From: Eledone cirrhosa
Taxonomy: Eukaryota
Length of the DNA stretch: 64,000 bases
NCBI GenBank assembly: GCA_964016885.1
Contig: OZ024744.1
Span: 59,086,001-59,150,000 of the forward strand
Direction: 5' to 3'
In this document: positions 59,701-64,000 of the stretch, one piece after another
How the letters are laid out: every line of letters begins with the position of its first letter
Position numbering within the stretch: the first letter of the stretch is position 1
Made by a program: the position numbers and the translations under genes
Notes under the pieces: model-generated
Databases searched by the model: none
The model's input: the letters and a program-made list of their open reading frames with translations, nothing else
What the model was told of the DNA's origin: nothing

Positions 59701-59815
59701 GGCTCTGGTCAAAGATTAGATGTGTAAGGTTCTTACAGATATTTCTCATCTGGACAAGAGCAAAGACAGGAGACGTCACGCGAAGTAGGTGAGCTACGCT
59801 TTTCACCATCTAACA
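56778..59815 (+). mobile_element. Decayed Gypsy-like LTR retrotransposon
   Basis: Diverged LTRs at 56778-57023 and 59560-59815 (TGT...ACA), sharing GAAGAACGACCAGCAT, CATCTGGACAAGA and GTAGGTGAGCTACGCTTTT. A purine tract precedes the 3' LTR and the TSD is CTATC/CTATT. RT remnants LNSAP and SYIDDIL. Confidence 0.8.
58043..58871 (+). mobile_element. 5'-truncated RTE LINE nested in the LTR element
   Basis: ADDTVLLA, GLSINSKKTKVM, FNYLG, ILYGWKSWT and QLMFLGH motifs, with a (GAA)n tail. The TSD is AAGGAGTGCAT / AAGGAATGCAT. Confidence 0.85.
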
Positions 59816-59921
59816 CTATTAAGATCAACAGATCAACCTTTCTTCGGGAAACTCAGAGTACCTGGGAAGGTATACGCCAGCTTGCCATGCATTTTATATA
59901 ATATAGTTTATGTACATCTAA

Positions 59922-60061
<140 letters not shown>

Positions 60062-60197
60062 GTGCGTGTGCGTGTGCGTGTGTGTGCGTGTGCGCGCGCG
60101 TGCTGACAATTATAGGAAGACTATATCATTAAATAGTTCACTCAGCAATATGTACGTTTTGAGAACTACGATTTAACCATACATATATACATACACT

Positions 60198-63100
60198 CAG
60201 GGAAATTGCCTAGCAATACCGTAGCTAAACAATGGATGAAAAACTGCATGCTTATCAGCAAAAAATCATGCATGGATATGTTGCCAGGAAGCTCCAGAGT
60301 GAGAGTAATATAAATAAGAAAAGTAGTCTATCTTGGACCAACAACTGCTATATTGGCTCCCACTGTGAAGGATACGCTTTTGCAATTAAGAACAGGAAAT
60401 CAACACGAAATACCTGATTCACAAAAGAGATAGGGATGCAGGCAAAACATCTAGATGTAATAACAAGTGCAGACTCTGCAGAATTAACATCGAAGATATC
60501 ATCCATGTCATAAGCAGCTGTCCAAGATATCATCGTGGTACTATCTACCTATGAGGCATGATGTAGTGGCCAAAACACTGTACAATACAATCTGTAGAAA
60601 AGATAGCCCTGATAATAAACACATTACAAGCTACAGGAATGTGGAAGACATCCATAATATGAAAGAGTACTGGTGGAATGTTCCAGTAATAATCCCAATA
60701 AAGTGCAGGCATAACAGACCAGATATAATGATATGGGACAGGGAAAAGAAGGCATGCACAGTAGTGGAAGTTAGCTGCCGAGCAGATGCTAATATAATAT
60801 CAAAGATTAGCGAAAAGGAGAATATCTATATCTATGCAGAACTAATAAGAAATTTGCAAATACTCCACCCTGATTACACCTTCAGATTTATGCATGTGAT
60901 TATTGGGGCACTGGGGTATGCTAGTAACTGCCTCAATACAAATCTTGAGAAGCTGGGCTTCCCAGGAAGAGAAAGAACATGACTAGTTAGGAAATTACAA
61001 GTACAATCCATTAATGGAACAGTAAAAATATGTAAAACATTCCAAAAAATCTGCATCAAATAACTGCATATACACTAGGCATATTCCTAAAGTACACTTT
61101 TGTTAAAAAAATAAATGAGCATGCCATTTTCAGATGAACTTTTACTAGAAAATACTTGTGAGCATGTTAAAAAATATTAGAATTAAAAAAAACTCTTGCA
61201 CAAGGTAGATTCTTTAACATTGATTAACTAATATAGAATTGCATATACAATTGCATATACAATATACGTGTGTATGTAATAAAAATATAGTGTGCAATTT
61301 AACAGTTTATAAAATATAGTATTCTTTTTCAAATTGTTTAATGGATCAACTTTATTGCTTGTTCATCACATATTTGTCAGTTTAATCTGTTCATAAAATT
61401 CATAAAATACATAAATAGAATAAATTAAAATTTGCGAGGTATATTTATTAATATATTTTAATATTTATAATTATATTATATTATTATTATAAATTTCAGA
61501 TGTATAAAAAATCCAGTTGCTAAAGAGGAAAGTAAAAAGATTTGGGCACAAAATATTTGTCATTTTGAGAAGAGAAAGAAATCTAGGAAAACGAAAATTC
61601 GAAGTTCATTAATCGAATTATGCAAGCTACCTACTGAGAGCAACAGATCGTTGATAGATATATCACTCTTGCTGCTGAAGAGAAAAATACCAAAAAAAGA
61701 ATTAAGATAATTACTGGGGAATGTGAAAGTTTATGGGAAAAGTTCAGCTTTCCAACTATCAACAAACTTTCAATACCTCGAAAAATTGAAAAAATAATTT
61801 TAAAAAAAGGAAAAAGAAGTGAAAAGACCTGGCTCTGCGAATTTCAATAATCTGTTTGACATTACAAAAAGATATGGGATATGGTTAGCAGCCGAAGATT
61901 TGTCATTTTATGAAAAGCAAGTTGAGAGTTGTGGAAAGGTTGGGTATACTACAATGAAAATAGACAGTGAAAAGAAAATCTAAGAGAATTAAAAACAAAA
62001 AACAAGAACTAGATCATGATAAGCCATCCTGCTCATACATTCATCTGGACTCAAATGAAAGTTACAGTGACACCGATACAAATACCAGCGATTACAAACC
62101 TTCACCTTCACCTTCACCAGAAAAAAAAACGAAAAAGAGAAAACACAGCTCATGCTGCTAACCTAGTAAGAAATACTAAATTACCTAGTAGAAAAGCAGC
62201 AGCAGTTTGCAACGAATTTAAAGGTGGTGGTATTAAGGTGAGCACCCCGAGTCAGTCGGCAGTGCACAAAGCAGAGGTGAGAAACTCATGGAAAAGTGGA
62301 AAAAATGAACTCAAAAGGGAAAAATAGAGCCTTCATTTTGATGGAAAACGAATGAGAGACGTAGAATATCAGGTTGTAGTGATAAAAAATGATGAGAAAG
62401 AAATACGCCTGAGGCCGATGGCATTAACCGATGGAAAGGTTCTTACTATATTTAATAGATTGAAAGAAGTTATTGACAAATATGAACTGTAGGAATCTAT
62501 CGTGATGATAGTCTCCGACACAACTAGTGTCAATACCGGCAAAAAGGCAGGAGTTGTTGCCATGCTCAACAGTGAGTTCGCGCGTCGCGGTTACAGCAAG
62601 CCATTATATGTTGGATGCCAGCACCACATTTTAGACCGTGCATTGAAAGTTTATTTTGATTAACTATATAGTAGCAAAACAACTTCGCTATATATCAATT
62701 ATTACTTTGTTGAGGCCATTTTAAAGAACTATGACGAACTGAAGCAGAACATTTCAAATGGAACGACGGAAATTAATGAAACCTCGACGCGCTGGAGAAG
62801 TGACATGGATTTCCTTCAGCATCTCATGATAGCCGTGCAACATTTCTTTGAAAACGGTGCGTTACCTAAAATAAATTTTTGAGAAATTACCTAATTTGCA
62901 CAATGTTCGTTGGAATAGACAAGCAATTTATTTGTTGCTTGGGTTTATTTTGATGCCTGATGAACGAGCGAAGCTGCGCGCTGGTGCCGAATACATCTGC
63001 GGAATGTGGGGGAAAATGTGGTTTTCAAGTCAACTGTATAGAGCTGACAGCAAGCAGAAACTCATTGACCAACTAATTAAGGCCAAGTGTGAAAAGGCTG

Positions 63101-63682
63101 CAAACACCGTCAGACAATTTTGGTCTAATAAAGAATCTCCAATTGTGACGCAACGCTCGAACATTTGCGCTGAGCGGGCTGTAAAAGTTGTGCAGGACCT
63201 TTTGCCATTTTGTAAAAGTAGTAGAACCTTAGAGATCAAATTTTGTTTAACTAATAATTAAAACAAATTTTTTATTGTCATAATTTATTGTTTTAGGTAT
63301 TTATTTTATGGGACTGGCTAATTACCAAAAAATTAAAAATATAATTTAGTATGTGCAAGAATTTTTTTCAAGATTTACAAAAAAACTACTGTGATTCTTT
63401 CTTTATGACAAAAACCTCATTAGAAAATAGCATGCTCATATGGGGTTGTAAAAAATCATATGCCTAATATACACATGTACAGATAAATAAGCATATACAC
63501 ATGCACACATACAACTCAAAACATACACATCCACACATACAATAACATCCATATCTACACCTGCATATATACATATCTATCTAGTTGATGTTGTGTAAAT
63601 TCCAATGAGAGTCTTGTGTCTATGTTAGAAACCGACTCTCTCTCTATTGGTAAAACTTTGTGAAATTATAAAACCAGAAGAA
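60198..63682 (+). mobile_element. 3' part of an R4/Dong-like RLE retrotransposon, split by the hATm insertion
   Basis: CRLC....E..H..SSC zinc knuckle, RHD, NRPDIMIWD, VVEVSC, K.N.Y and IIGALG (ORF 60551-60982). A CA-rich putative 3' UTR resumes at 63475. Confidence 0.75.
61076..63466 (+). mobile_element. hAT (hATm-like) DNA transposon with a decayed transposase
   Basis: TIRs TAGGCATAT...ATATGCCTA and a perfect 8-bp TSD ATATACAC (61068-61075, 63467-63474). Motifs LHFDGK, SDTTSVNTG, GCQHHILD, HNVRW..AIY and N.CAERAVK. Confidence 0.88.
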
Positions 63683-64000
63683 CATACATACATACATACA
63701 TACATACATACATACATACACACATACATACATACATACATACATACATACATACATACATACATACATACATACATACATACATACATGGTGGCTGCCA
63801 ACTCGTTTTCGAGTACGGCCACTACCTTATATCCATGTAGGAGAACCCCTACCGATGCGCTGAACGAGTGTGACATTTTAGTCCAGCCAGCGACTTGAAA
63901 ACTCTGGTACAAACACTACACTTGTGACAATTATTGACACATAGTGCTGGGCCCATGGTACCATGTAACGACAAGTGCAGAGAGATCTCCAGATATAAAG
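63683..64000 (-). mobile_element. (CATA)n array plus an RTE-like 3' end running off the window
   Basis: About 26 CATA units followed by TGGTGGCTGCCAACTCGTTTTCGAGTACGGCCA, similar to the termini at 32287 and 38416. Confidence 0.5.

Overview
This is a eukaryotic, very AT-rich, microsatellite-dense window. The SINE and MITE families look like those of a coleoid cephalopod, probably Octopus (inference). No host protein-coding gene or bona fide RNA gene is supportable. Almost all complex sequence is transposon-derived: a near full-length Tx1-clade LINE inside a (GATA)n array plus other Tx1 copies at (AAT)n/(ATC)n, four Naiad-type and one Neptune-type Penelope-like elements (PLEs), and a dozen or so hammerhead-ribozyme (HHR) motifs, many in short fold-back PLE ends next to (TA)n. 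There are also RTE, CRE and R4 LINE fragments, a decayed Gypsy-like LTR element, a deleted mariner, an hATm transposon, a non-autonomous Helitron, MITEs and tRNA-derived SINEs. The most notable patterns are (i) each retroelement family is associated with a different microsatellite motif and (ii) HHR-bearing fold-back PLE termini, one of which appears to start at the predicted ribozyme cleavage site. All family assignments come from motif recognition by eye, and novelty is unverified.
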